A stretch of 64,000 bases of DNA from a virus (taxonomy: Duplodnaviria; Caudoviricetes), in IMG/VR virus record IMGVR_UViG_3300032303_002587, positions 33,153 through 97,152 of that record; one strand, given 5' to 3'. The translations under genes were made by a program, and so were the position numbers. Below the pieces are notes generated by a model. That model saw only the letters and a list, made by a program, of their open reading frames with translations, did no database searches and was not told the DNA's origin. Shown here piece after piece: positions 25,412-34,699 of this stretch (its first letter is position 1; every line of letters starts with the position of its first letter).

Positions 25412-25418
25412 ATTACAC
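25412..25418 (-). promoter_or_regulatory. GTGTAAT putative late promoter upstream of the tape measure gene
   Basis: Intergenic copy, followed by a GAGG SD. Confidence 0.7.
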
Positions 25419-25436
25419 TTAAATTTTAATAATATA

Positions 25437-26441
25437 TTATTTAACGCCGTGTATTTTTAGTATTTCTTCAAAAGAGAGATTTCCACCTTTTTTGTCAGCT
25501 TCTTTAACCAAATCTACCGCTTCATCTTTAGAATCCAACATACCTTTTAGCTCTTGTTTCGTAGCTCCTATATATGTCTTACCTGAGAACTCCCTTCCAG
25601 AATCTTTTTCTTTTTCTTTTGTAATTAAAGATCTACTCTCATACCATTCAACTAATTCATCTAAAGAGTTTATAGAAGATGGAGGAGTATCCCCAGTTTT
25701 TTCTAAATTATATTTATAACCTCTAGCTAATGTAAATAAATTAATTTGATTATAAGTCAATTTGCATAAAGGTTTCCCAAAAAATGTATAAGGATTATCC
25801 TCTGACAAGAAAAACATATTCATAAAAAAACTAGATACTGCAGTCTTTTTAAGGTTTTTAACTGAGAATAAACTATTAAAATTTTGATATAAACTAGCGT
25901 ATTTGATTAAATCTTCTATTTCTAGATTAAAAAAATCATCTTCTGAATCAAAATACTTATCTAAGTTTTCATTTTTACAAAATGTTAAATATATAAGATA
26001 TTCATTAGATTTTCTTGTTGCATATTCTTCTGCTGTTATACCTAAAAATTCTATCCTATCTTTTTCTATAGAAAATAGTTCTTCTTCTAGGATTTTTATT
26101 TTATTATCTATCTCTTTTTGTTGAGATGCAATAATTAATTTTTTCTTAGTATCTACGTTAAGATTAATCTCATCTCTAATTTTAATTCTTCTATTTTCTT
26201 TTTCTTTAGGCCAAATATTTTTTTCATGTAATAAATCTAACTTATCTTTTTCTTCTAGAATACCCATAGCTTTTGATTTATCGAAAAACTCAATATATTT
26301 TTCGTAAACATTAGCTAAATCAACTTCAGTTGTGTGCTTTAAATAAAAGGATTTATCTTCTAGTTTGTATATGGAATACTCGTTAATTATATCTTTATAA
26401 AGTTTTTTAACAAAATTTATATCTTTAAGTATTTCATTCAC
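25437..26441 (-). CDS. Putative tail assembly chaperone
   Basis: Charged helical protein between the tail tube and tape measure. Confidence 0.5.
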   Translation of the reverse strand: MNEILKDINFVKKLYKDIINEYSIYKLEDKSFYLKHTTEVDLANVYEKYIEFFDKSKAMGILEEKDKLDLLHEKNIWPKEKENRRIKIRDEINLNVDTKKKLIIASQQKEIDNKIKILEEELFSIEKDRIEFLGITAEEYATRKSNEYLIYLTFCKNENLDKYFDSEDDFFNLEIEDLIKYASLYQNFNSLFSVKNLKKTAVSSFFMNMFFLSEDNPYTFFGKPLCKLTYNQINLFTLARGYKYNLEKTGDTPPSSINSLDELVEWYESRSLITKEKEKDSGREFSGKTYIGATKQELKGMLDSKDEAVDLVKEADKKGGNLSFEEILKIHGVK

Positions 26442-26443
26442 TT

Positions 26444-27196
26444 TTATGAATCAAAAAATTCTTCTAAAGACTTAAACTCTTCTTCTGTGGAAGCTTTACC
26501 CATATACCATAAACTAATGAAATAAGCTAGCTTTTTAATTCCACCGCTTAGTGTAAGATCACCTTGATCTTCAATAAGATCGTAAGCTGTTAATTTATTT
26601 TCAAATGTCAAGCCTTTGAATATTGGAGAAAATGTTATTTTTTCATCATAAGAAACGTATGACAAATTAAGAACCCACCATAATATAACTTGATTCCTAG
26701 CTCTATTTTCTGCTGTTTGATCAAATACGCTTGATTGTTGTAATTCTAAATTAGCTAAGTCTTTCTTGATATTAAGAATTTCATTCAACAAGTCTTTCAT
26801 TTTGGTTTCTTGTTCTTCTTTTTCAAGTTTAGTTAAATTAGCTTGAACTTTTTCTAATTCGGTTTGCTTTACATATAATGTAACATATAGAGTAGCATAT
26901 CTTTGTTTTTCTGATTCGCTTAAAGCTCCACCATCATCTTGATATCTTTTAGCGATCAAAGACTTTGTTAACAATCCAAGTCTAATTCCTTCTGATACTT
27001 TAACGCCATAAAAAAGCTCTGCTTCTTCAAAAGTCTTTCTATCTGGACGAAGAATCCTAAAATAAACTGGAGATTTTTCTTTAACTTTTTTAAGTATTTT
27101 TACTTCTTCGCCTTTCTCGTTTTTTGAAATTTCTGGAACTTCTTTTTCTATTTCATTATCTATAGAAAATTCATAAATATATTTATCTGTTTTCAT
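26444..27196 (-). CDS. Putative tail assembly chaperone
   Basis: Position; acidic and coiled-coil composition. Confidence 0.5.
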   Translation of the reverse strand: MKTDKYIYEFSIDNEIEKEVPEISKNEKGEEVKILKKVKEKSPVYFRILRPDRKTFEEAELFYGVKVSEGIRLGLLTKSLIAKRYQDDGGALSESEKQRYATLYVTLYVKQTELEKVQANLTKLEKEEQETKMKDLLNEILNIKKDLANLELQQSSVFDQTAENRARNQVILWWVLNLSYVSYDEKITFSPIFKGLTFENKLTAYDLIEDQGDLTLSGGIKKLAYFISLWYMGKASTEEEFKSLEEFFDS

Positions 27197-27452
27197 TTGG
27201 TGCTCCTATTTTTGATTCAACAAACCCTTTTGTTCTTTTGAAATTGGCTTTGCCTCCAATTTTTACAATAAAATCATTTCTTTTTTCTTCGGTCCAACTC
27301 ATATATTTATTAATGACTTTTGGACTAGAAATGTCTTCTACCTTCAAAGAATTAAATCCAAATTTAAATCTAAGCTCTCTTTGGGTAGTTTGTAAATCAA
27401 GATTAGCTGAAATAATGGCTTCTGGAGTATAGTTAAAATATTTTGCTTTCAT
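27183..27452 (-). CDS. Hypothetical protein
   Basis: ORF overlapping its neighbours within the operon. Confidence 0.7.
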   Translation of the reverse strand: MKAKYFNYTPEAIISANLDLQTTQRELRFKFGFNSLKVEDISSPKVINKYMSWTEEKRNDFIVKIGGKANFKRTKGFVESKIGAPNENR

Positions 27453-27736
27453 TTTTTTATTTCTATATTAAGAAAGTCAAAATTCTTTTCAATCTCGCGA
27501 ATAGTTTCATTCCCAAGATCAAGTATCTTCTTTCTTAAGTAATTATATTTATTATCATCAAAATAATCAACATTTTTTAACTTTTCTAAATCAATCTCTT
27601 TATTTAATTTATTTAACATATTAGTGTGATCTTCTTGTATGTCTTCTATTAAATTAAGATATCTTTTATATAAATTAACGACATTTCGATGTATTTGGAA
27701 CATCAAATATTCTTTGAGATTTGCTTTATCTTGCAT
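27449..27736 (-). CDS. Hypothetical protein
   Basis: ORF with an AAGGA SD and an upstream GTGTAAA motif. Confidence 0.75.
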   Translation of the reverse strand: MQDKANLKEYLMFQIHRNVVNLYKRYLNLIEDIQEDHTNMLNKLNKEIDLEKLKNVDYFDDNKYNYLRKKILDLGNETIREIEKNFDFLNIEIKK

Positions 27737-27775
27737 AAATCCTTTATCCTTTATTGAACCTTGTGCCTATATACC

Positions 27776-27782
27776 TTTACAC
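27776..27782 (-). promoter_or_regulatory. GTGTAAA putative late promoter immediately after the tail-tube terminator
   Basis: Intergenic copy. Confidence 0.65.
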
Positions 27783-27783
27783 T

Positions 27784-27807
27784 AAAAAACCCGCCGAAGC
27801 GGGTTTT
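27784..27807 (-). terminator. Rho-independent terminator of the major tail gene
   Basis: Minus strand AAAACCCGC-TTCG-GCGGGTTTTTT: GC stem, UUCG tetraloop, U6 tail. Confidence 0.93.
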
Positions 27808-27832
27808 CTAGATTCATTATATTTTTTAAATA

Positions 27833-28885
27833 TTAACTATTAGCGAAAATAAACAATCCGCCGACTTGATCGTTTGGACCGCCGATTTGAGCGCTCCAAT
27901 TCATTGTTACGGATTTGTTATCGCCAATGCTGCTTGAGAAGTCTTGTGAATCTAATTTTGCTCCTCTAACTACATAACTTATAGCTTCTGTATCAGTGTT
28001 TGGTTTATTGATTTTAACTTGTAAGTTATATTTTGCAGCGTCATTATTAATAATATCCGCTAGATTTGCAGCTTCAATGTCGCCCATGATTGCATCAACA
28101 CTCATTGTTACTGTGACTGGGAATTTGATTTCTCTTGTAAAAGCGAATCTGCTTCCTAGTTTTTGAATTGGATCTCTACCAAGATCAAATTTGATTGAAG
28201 CTTTTTGAATCTTCAAATCAGAAGCTACAACGCCAGTTGCTCCAGCAATTGTTAAATCTACATCTCCTGGGCGAAGAGCTGAATATCCTTGACCAGTAAC
28301 TGGTGTTGGAATTGTAAATGTGCCAACTACGGAAGAACCATCTTCTGGATTAATCGTTGGAAGAGTTTGTGAATCTGTTCCACCATAAAATCTCATGTTC
28401 ATGCCTTCACCGTTGACTGAAACAGTTGGAATATTTCCTACTGAAGCCTCCATGCTGTAAGATGATAAAAATCCATTTCCAATTCCAATAACTTTTCCAT
28501 TAGATTTACCATCAATATTTGCATCTTTACCTTCGCCAACTGTTAGAATATAATAATTATTAGTGTCTCTACCATTTGTTAAAATTCCTGATAAAGCTGG
28601 TGTTCCCGCAGTTGCAATTATACCAACTCCACTTGCAACTGAAAGTCCTAAATTTGCTTCGTTTTCACCAGAATTTAAATAGTAAGAAAAATCAAAATTA
28701 ACTGTTGGTTGCTCTAGAATGATACGATCAATTGAAGCTAATTGGCCGTATTGATTAATGTCTTGTCTTGAGACTTCGAAACTATAGTTTGCGCTTTGAA
28801 CACGGTTTAATTGTTTTGGTGAAGCATCTCCAGTTGCACCTACGAAAAGTGCTTCGCTTTGATAAATTACTCTTTTTCTTGCCAT
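27833..28885 (-). CDS. Major tail (tube) protein
   Basis: Strong AGGAGA SD, own terminator, beta-rich with two internally repeated halves, upstream of the chaperones and tape measure. Confidence 0.8.
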   Translation of the reverse strand: MARKRVIYQSEALFVGATGDASPKQLNRVQSANYSFEVSRQDINQYGQLASIDRIILEQPTVNFDFSYYLNSGENEANLGLSVASGVGIIATAGTPALSGILTNGRDTNNYYILTVGEGKDANIDGKSNGKVIGIGNGFLSSYSMEASVGNIPTVSVNGEGMNMRFYGGTDSQTLPTINPEDGSSVVGTFTIPTPVTGQGYSALRPGDVDLTIAGATGVVASDLKIQKASIKFDLGRDPIQKLGSRFAFTREIKFPVTVTMSVDAIMGDIEAANLADIINNDAAKYNLQVKINKPNTDTEAISYVVRGAKLDSQDFSSSIGDNKSVTMNWSAQIGGPNDQVGGLFIFANS

Positions 28886-28918
28886 ATTATTATTCTCCTA
28901 TTTAAATCTGTACCTATT

Positions 28919-28925
28919 ATTACAG
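28919..28925 (-). promoter_or_regulatory. CTGTAAT variant of the late motif upstream of the major tail gene
   Basis: One mismatch to GTGTAAT; lies inside the small palindrome TATTAC-A-GTAATA. Confidence 0.5.
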
Positions 28926-28952
28926 TAATAAAAAAAGAATGAGAAACTAATT

Positions 28953-29789
28953 TTATGCTCTAGGATATCTGATACTGTTCAAAGTAAAGTCAATAAAAGC
29001 TGGAAATACTTGGTTATTTTTTGCATTTAAATTAGCGAATATTTTGCTTACATTTACTTCTGAAATATAGAATCCATTAACTCCAATATCAATATTTTGG
29101 GTTAAAGTATCATAGTTATAATGTCCACTATCTAATCCGCCAAAATTATTAAATGGGCTATTAATTAATGGTACATAGTCTCTAGCTGTGTCTTTTAATA
29201 TACTGCAAAGTGCATCTAAATTAAACATATTATCTGCCATAACTACTGCTCTAACTAATATTTGGGTATTATCTTGACCACCAAAAGCGAATGGTTGATT
29301 AATACCTCCATTATTTTTAAGGAATATGCATGGATAAGTTATCGCTTCTATGGCTAAACCCGTAGGAGTTTGAGTAGTTTTAGGTCTTGCTTGATATTGG
29401 CTTTCAAACAAAATCTCTTCTTCTGGTTGATTTGTTAGATATAAGTTAAAGTCTTTAACTGCATAGTTGCCACTAATAGTATTAGTTCCTTGGCCAGATG
29501 TAAAATAAACTTGACCATTTTGAGGACTAATACCAGTTAAATTATTTTGACCAATAGTTTTAAAATTATTATTAACATAAACTCCAGAAAGTATATTAGC
29601 TCCACTTATAGAACTATCGCAAACAACTTGTTTAAAAGGCAGACCATAACTATAAAATCCATTATAAATATTTGTAACTGGATAAAATCGACTAGAGAAA
29701 TTTTTATACGCTTCTCCTTTTTTTAAGATCACATGATCCATCCACATAAGCATACTTGACATCAAAAGGTTATCTAGTTGTATTTTCAT
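28953..29789 (-). CDS. Putative tail terminator/neck protein
   Basis: Directly upstream of the tail tube. YPCIFLK...PFAFGG and VRAVVMADNMFNLD fit tail-terminator patterns. Confidence 0.55.
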   Translation of the reverse strand: MKIQLDNLLMSSMLMWMDHVILKKGEAYKNFSSRFYPVTNIYNGFYSYGLPFKQVVCDSSISGANILSGVYVNNNFKTIGQNNLTGISPQNGQVYFTSGQGTNTISGNYAVKDFNLYLTNQPEEEILFESQYQARPKTTQTPTGLAIEAITYPCIFLKNNGGINQPFAFGGQDNTQILVRAVVMADNMFNLDALCSILKDTARDYVPLINSPFNNFGGLDSGHYNYDTLTQNIDIGVNGFYISEVNVSKIFANLNAKNNQVFPAFIDFTLNSIRYPRA

Positions 29790-30358
29790 TTGATTTTTTC
29801 TATATTTTTAACAAAATTATTTATCATGCCAGATATATATTTTGTTGTTCTAAATGTATCACTTCTAATTTTATTTTTACTTTGTAAGCCTTCTTTTGAT
29901 CTTCCTTCAATAAATTTTTTATACATATAATTACTAAATCCAGATATGCCCCTTTCAATTCCAACGGCCCAACTATTTCCATTTTCCCAAGGCATACGAG
30001 TTACATTTTTTATTTTATTTAAATTTGGATATTCAATTTCAAAACGTATAGAATTTGAACTTTTTTTCCTAGATAATTTAAAACCATTTTTAATTAAATC
30101 TCTTAATTCTTCTATAGGATTATCTGAACTATTAAAACCAATAAAGCTAAATAAATTTCCTACTCCACCCAATGTATTCGAAATATTTGGCGCAGTAGGA
30201 CCCGCTTCAATTTCTTTTGTTACTGGGTTAGAGTTAAATTCATTTAAAAATTTTTCTTGAGCTTTATCAAACTTATTAGTGATAAAATTAACAGCATTTT
30301 TTTCAAATTTTTTATTATTTGCTAATGCTTTATCAAAATTTATATTGACCCTTTTCAT
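29786..30358 (-). CDS. Putative neck/tail completion protein
   Basis: Basic protein in the neck gene block. Confidence 0.5.
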   Translation of the reverse strand: MKRVNINFDKALANNKKFEKNAVNFITNKFDKAQEKFLNEFNSNPVTKEIEAGPTAPNISNTLGGVGNLFSFIGFNSSDNPIEELRDLIKNGFKLSRKKSSNSIRFEIEYPNLNKIKNVTRMPWENGNSWAVGIERGISGFSNYMYKKFIEGRSKEGLQSKNKIRSDTFRTTKYISGMINNFVKNIEKIK

Positions 30359-30801
30359 TAAAATGTCTCTTTTAGGTAAAAAACATAGTATATTAGACCT
30401 TGATAATTTTTTATAACATCTGTGCTAATAAGGTTAAATGTTTTATTATCGAATGTAATTTTTTCTGTTATGTCTTGATTAATATAATTTTTCGCATCTT
30501 CTTTAACTTTAATTTCTACTATTTGGTTTGGAAATTTTAATTTTATTTCATTATCAATTTGTAAATTTTCTTTAGCCAAATTATAATTTATAATTGCGTC
30601 AAAAGTTTGATTTCTAGGAGTATATGTATAATCAACTACATTAGAATTTTCCTCGTATCCTAGTAATTGATTAGTCGTATTTTGCAATATATTTTTAATT
30701 GGTTGTTTATGAACAACAATTGACCTTTTAAATGTATCGAAGTGATCATTTATTGCTTGTTTATAGGCGGCTATTTCTGTATCAAGTATCAGCGACGCCA
30801 T
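30358..30801 (-). CDS. Putative head closure protein
   Basis: Size and position in the neck block. Confidence 0.45.
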   Translation of the reverse strand: MASLILDTEIAAYKQAINDHFDTFKRSIVVHKQPIKNILQNTTNQLLGYEENSNVVDYTYTPRNQTFDAIINYNLAKENLQIDNEIKLKFPNQIVEIKVKEDAKNYINQDITEKITFDNKTFNLISTDVIKNYQGLIYYVFYLKETF

Positions 30802-30802
30802 A

Positions 30803-31459
30803 TTATAAATTTTCTATATTTCTTATAAAGGAATTATAAGAATAAGGTCTATCTGCGGCTGGAATAGTGTCATCTCCTGCAATCTGCAATGGATTGATTT
30901 GGTTTAAAATATAACTTTGAATTAGCATTTTTAATTCTTCGGTTTCTTGCTTTTTTAATTCTACAAAATTTAAACCTAACTGCCTTACAAATTGGGTGTT
31001 TGCTTTAATAGCATCTGTTGCTCTTTTATAAATTTGACTTGTGCTTTCGCTATTAGTTTTTCTATATGAGAATCCATTTTCTGAAATTTCAATACTATCA
31101 GAATTAGCTGATCCAGTTGTAGCGTTTTCTCCACTAGAAGAAGTATCTTGATTTATTAAATTTAAATTATTAGATTTTCCTATCAATTTTATAATCTGTC
31201 TATCATAATAATGTATATTATACATTTTCTTAAAGATTGATTTTTCTATTATTGTGAACGTTTCTGGACTGATAGCATCTACTTCTAGGTCTAGAGTATT
31301 TATGGTGTATTTTTTGTTAATTAAAATATTTAATTTGCCCAAATTCGTTCTTAGCCAAAAAGCTATGCTAGGGATACTAATATCACTTGGCTCACCTAAT
31401 TCGCGATAAATCTCATCAGCAACATCAACAATTTTTACAGGAGTATATGAATCAGTCAT
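30803..31459 (-). CDS. Putative head-tail adaptor
   Basis: First neck gene after the capsid block; helical. Confidence 0.45.
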   Translation of the reverse strand: MTDSYTPVKIVDVADEIYRELGEPSDISIPSIAFWLRTNLGKLNILINKKYTINTLDLEVDAISPETFTIIEKSIFKKMYNIHYYDRQIIKLIGKSNNLNLINQDTSSSGENATTGSANSDSIEISENGFSYRKTNSESTSQIYKRATDAIKANTQFVRQLGLNFVELKKQETEELKMLIQSYILNQINPLQIAGDDTIPAADRPYSYNSFIRNIENL

Positions 31460-31466
31460 ATAAGAT

Positions 31467-31473
31467 ATTACAC
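31467..31473 (-). promoter_or_regulatory. GTGTAAT motif 7 nt before the ATG at 31459
   Basis: GTGTAAT-ATCTTAT-ATG. Confidence 0.75.
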
Positions 31474-31497
31474 TATATAAATATTATTTTTAATATT

Positions 31498-31845
31498 TTA
31501 TCTAGTTACTTCTGGCAAAATCGTGAATTTTCCTTGCATCAATTTAACGCTATTTCCACTTGTTACTCCAATTGGATATCTTTCTATATCGTAAACATGA
31601 TCACTCACAGGAATATCTTTAGATATACTAGAATCAATGTTAATTAAAATTACTCCAGCAGTACCATTTCCTAAGATTGTAGGATTTAAATCCAATAAAA
31701 CTCCTGTAGAGCCGTAACTAGCCCTAACTTGACCTCTTACATCATAACCATCTAAATTTATAGGAATATTAGAGTCATCTTTTACAGTTAAATTTAAATT
31801 TATATAGTCGCCTTGATACCCAGTAATATTATAATATGTTGCCAT
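31498..31845 (-). CDS. Small Ig-like virion structural protein
   Basis: YNITGYQGD...INLDGYDVRGQVR...VYDIE...QGKFTILPEVT. Start moved from 31866 to the ATG at 31845 because GTGTAAT lies 7 nt upstream of it. Confidence 0.7.
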   Translation of the reverse strand: MATYYNITGYQGDYINLNLTVKDDSNIPINLDGYDVRGQVRASYGSTGVLLDLNPTILGNGTAGVILINIDSSISKDIPVSDHVYDIERYPIGVTSGNSVKLMQGKFTILPEVTR

Positions 31846-31852
31846 GTAAAAT

Positions 31853-31859
31853 ATTACAC
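31853..31859 (-). promoter_or_regulatory. GTGTAAT motif 7 nt before the ATG at 31845
   Basis: GTGTAAT-ATTTTAC-ATG. Confidence 0.75.
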
Positions 31860-31885
31860 GGAACAATTATTTTATCGAAATAAAA

Positions 31886-32224
31886 TTAACGACCTTCTGA
31901 TAGAGTATCTTTGGATCTTTTAGAAAGTTTTGATTCTTTCTTTTGTAAAGATGATACTTTATAAGTAGAAGCATGTTTATTAAATTCTCTTTTTAATCTA
32001 GAGATTAATGTGCTTCTATCATCAATTGGAACTAGGCCAATCTTTACTGCGTGAGCTTGAAGATCACTTTTATTTAAATCATTAACATATTTATCATACT
32101 GTACAGGATCAAGAGTGCCGTATTTATTAATTCCAGTATCTCCCCAAATTTGGTCAAGAGTAACTGGCTTTTCAACTTTACCGTGAGTTTGACTTAATTC
32201 TGATAATTTAGATTTTTTAGGCAT
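31886..32224 (-). CDS. Hypothetical basic protein downstream of the major capsid gene
   Basis: AAGGAG SD and its own promoter. Confidence 0.75.
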   Translation of the reverse strand: MPKKSKLSELSQTHGKVEKPVTLDQIWGDTGINKYGTLDPVQYDKYVNDLNKSDLQAHAVKIGLVPIDDRSTLISRLKREFNKHASTYKVSSLQKKESKLSKRSKDTLSEGR

Positions 32225-32241
32225 ATTTATCTCCTTAGTCT

Positions 32242-32270
32242 ATTATATGGTTGCAAATATTATATGTCTA
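32242..32270 (-). promoter_or_regulatory. Sigma70-like promoter TAGACA-17-TATAAT
   Basis: Near-consensus hexamers with a 17-nt spacer, just after the capsid terminator. Confidence 0.6.
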
Positions 32271-32272
32271 AT

Positions 32273-32311
32273 AAAAAAGAAAAACCCAAGGGGATGAACC
32301 CTTGGGCTTTT
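32273..32311 (-). terminator. Rho-independent terminator of the major capsid gene
   Basis: Stem CCCAAGGG/CCCTTGGG (32285-32306) followed on the minus strand by TTTTTCTTTTTT. Confidence 0.92.
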
Positions 32312-32334
32312 CAAGTTTTCTAATATTTTAAATA

Positions 32335-33441
32335 TTAGTTAGCTACGATTAATCCTGCGACAGCACGACCATCGATACATACGCGGCCTTCTTCGAGGGC
32401 TCCGTAGAATCCGATTTTGTCGGCTCTCATTACGAATTGATCATCAGCAAGAGCTGTGAATGTTCCACCAGTTTCGCTGTTGCGAGCTACTGGACGAACA
32501 AATGCATCCTTAGATAGATCCAATCCAACTAGGATTTCATCTGTTGCTGCATCAAATGTTGGAGTACCAGCAGTCAAATCGTCGAATAGGGTGTTGTACT
32601 TTTTGCCAACGCCGAGCTCGATCAATTCATGAATTGAGATACCATAGATCTCTTGGGTTCCAGCACCACGATAGATCTCTTCACGAACACCAGCTGGAAG
32701 ATCAGTCGTACCATCATTATTTGATACTCCTGTTCCTACTCTTCCGCCTACTGGATTGTAAGCGAATGCACGGATGTCACCTTTGATCTCAGGACTTACG
32801 AATAAGTCAGTTAGACCATAGGAGCTATCAGTTGTACCAGCAGCATAAGAGGTATTAATTCTTTTTACTAGTGTGATTAGGCTGTTTAGTCCGCCAAGTG
32901 TAAGAGCACCACCGCTAACGCTTTCGATGTGATCAGCAGCTGTAACTCCGTCAAATTTTGTACGAGCTTCTGCAAGAGCTTTTAGAACTACTGCCCAAGC
33001 GTTACGTTCTTGTTTTACGAGAACTTCATTGGTCATACGCTCTACTGCTTTGCTTACTACGTCGAGACGACCACGACGAGCATAACGTTTTAAGAAAGAG
33101 ACTGCGCTATCTAAACGATAGGTAGCAACTTTCAATTCTGAGAAACCAGAAACTTCTGAGGTTGGTAGACCACCACCGACGTTTTGGCTCCATACAGTTG
33201 TATATCCTTCGCCTTCACCAGCGAATAGATCTAGTGGGATAGAAGGATTGTCATCTTCGTCAAAAGCGAGATCACTGTAAACTGCACTAGCAGTACCAGC
33301 TTGCATTAGAACTTTGCTAACGACTGGGCCGATAAATGCTGCAAATGCTTGAGTGGCTTCTCTAGCTACGGTAGCATCTCTGCTGCCCATGGCTTTGATT
33401 AGCTCAACTTGTTCTGGGGTATTTTTTAATTTTAATTTCAT
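32335..33441 (-). CDS. Major capsid protein (HK97 fold inferred)
   Basis: 368 aa, AGGAGA SD, optimised higher-GC codons, terminator. Follows the protease/scaffold and decoration genes. C-terminal RADKIGFYGALEEGRVCIDGRAVAGL. Confidence 0.88.
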   Translation of the reverse strand: MKLKLKNTPEQVELIKAMGSRDATVAREATQAFAAFIGPVVSKVLMQAGTASAVYSDLAFDEDDNPSIPLDLFAGEGEGYTTVWSQNVGGGLPTSEVSGFSELKVATYRLDSAVSFLKRYARRGRLDVVSKAVERMTNEVLVKQERNAWAVVLKALAEARTKFDGVTAADHIESVSGGALTLGGLNSLITLVKRINTSYAAGTTDSSYGLTDLFVSPEIKGDIRAFAYNPVGGRVGTGVSNNDGTTDLPAGVREEIYRGAGTQEIYGISIHELIELGVGKKYNTLFDDLTAGTPTFDAATDEILVGLDLSKDAFVRPVARNSETGGTFTALADDQFVMRADKIGFYGALEEGRVCIDGRAVAGLIVAN

Positions 33442-33465
33442 GTTAAATTTTCTCCTTTACTGAAA

Positions 33466-34008
33466 TTAGAGTTCGATCTTGAGTAGAGCAAAACCTTTAG
33501 AATCTACTGTTCCAAGAAGTTTTCCTACTTTTGTTCCACCAGCAGAGCTTGTGGATAAATCGCCAGCACTTGTGCTGTGAACGTAAACGTTATCTCCTGC
33601 GGTTCCAACTAGTCCGCTATATAGAACGATACCGCGGGTTAGAACTGGAACTGCTTGGCCGCTGATAACAACGCCCATTTCAGCTGCTTTACGTGGATTA
33701 TAAACGAGTTTTTCGCCGTTTTCATCAGTTTCACGAATTCCCATGAGGGTTAATCCTAGAACTGCTGAACCAGAGGTTGCTGGAGCTACTTTAGCTACTG
33801 CACCATAACGGGAAGAAGCTACATTTGTGTAGGAAGCGCCAACGCTACCTATGTCTTCGATTGGGTTGGATGAACTAGCCATAAAACCGCTACCAACTAC
33901 TTTAACGGCTTTACCTGCGAGAACAAGAGTTGAATCTCCTTGATATGCAAAAAGATTAATTACATCATGCTCGTCGTATTGTCTTAATGGTCTTAAATTA
34001 TGAGCCAT
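33466..34008 (-). CDS. Capsid decoration/cement protein
   Basis: Between scaffold and capsid, AAGGAGA SD, VPVLTRG...GDNVYV...VGKLLG beta-tulip-like pattern. Confidence 0.7.
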   Translation of the reverse strand: MAHNLRPLRQYDEHDVINLFAYQGDSTLVLAGKAVKVVGSGFMASSSNPIEDIGSVGASYTNVASSRYGAVAKVAPATSGSAVLGLTLMGIRETDENGEKLVYNPRKAAEMGVVISGQAVPVLTRGIVLYSGLVGTAGDNVYVHSTSAGDLSTSSAGGTKVGKLLGTVDSKGFALLKIEL

Positions 34009-34030
34009 ATATTTTTCTCCTTATTTTGTT

Positions 34031-34699
34031 TTATTTTATTTCAAATCCGTCCAAGCTGAAAGCTTTAGCGTACTTTTCTTGTACGGTTGGCTCTGCAGCA
34101 GGAGCAGAATTTGGTATTTCTGCTGAAGCTTTTGTTCCGTTATCAACAGCTTGGTTGACAACTTCATCGGTTGCTTTTTCAGCTACTTTTTCAGTCTCTG
34201 AGGCAACAGCTTCTTGTGAAATGGTTGAAGCTTTCATGTCTTCTTTCATTTTTTCTTCTTTAGCTTTTTTGGCTGATTTATTCTTATCTTTCATAAGAAC
34301 TGCCATTTTATTTTTGTAAGCTGAGAAGGCTTCGTCATTTAAATCTTTAATGTCAGCAGCTAGAACTTTACGCTCTTCGTCATTTAGTTCATACTCTTCG
34401 TCAAGAGCGGCCATACGCATGGAGAATGCTTCTTCCTTAGCTTTGGCTTCTTGGTCTGCTTGGATTGCTGCTAATTTTTCATTTAATTCTTCTACTTGCT
34501 TCTTAACAACTTCGTGTTCTGCTGTTACGTTAGCAATTTTTTCGTTAGCTGCTTTTAGCTCATTTTCTTTTTCGGCTTTTTCAGCTACAAATGTATCATT
34601 AGCTTTCTTAATTTCCTCTGCAATAAATTCAACTACAGAACTAGCTGTAGCTTCTTTAAGTAGGGAATCAGTAATATCTTCAATTTTGGTTATTTTCAT
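34031..34699 (-). CDS. Nested in-frame scaffolding protein (222 aa)
   Basis: Internal AAGGAGAGG SD 6 nt before the in-frame ATG at 34699 (MKITKIEDITD), exactly at the start of the coiled coil. Confidence 0.7.
   Translation of the reverse strand: MKITKIEDITDSLLKEATASSVVEFIAEEIKKANDTFVAEKAEKENELKAANEKIANVTAEHEVVKKQVEELNEKLAAIQADQEAKAKEEAFSMRMAALDEEYELNDEERKVLAADIKDLNDEAFSAYKNKMAVLMKDKNKSAKKAKEEKMKEDMKASTISQEAVASETEKVAEKATDEVVNQAVDNGTKASAEIPNSAPAAEPTVQEKYAKAFSLDGFEIK

Noticed and set aside
26441-26465. Programmed -1 frameshift joining the two putative tail chaperones at GAA TTT TTT GAT
   Set aside because: The downstream gene is in the -1 frame, but that frame reads TTT TGA (stop) right after the T run, and the heptamer is not canonical.
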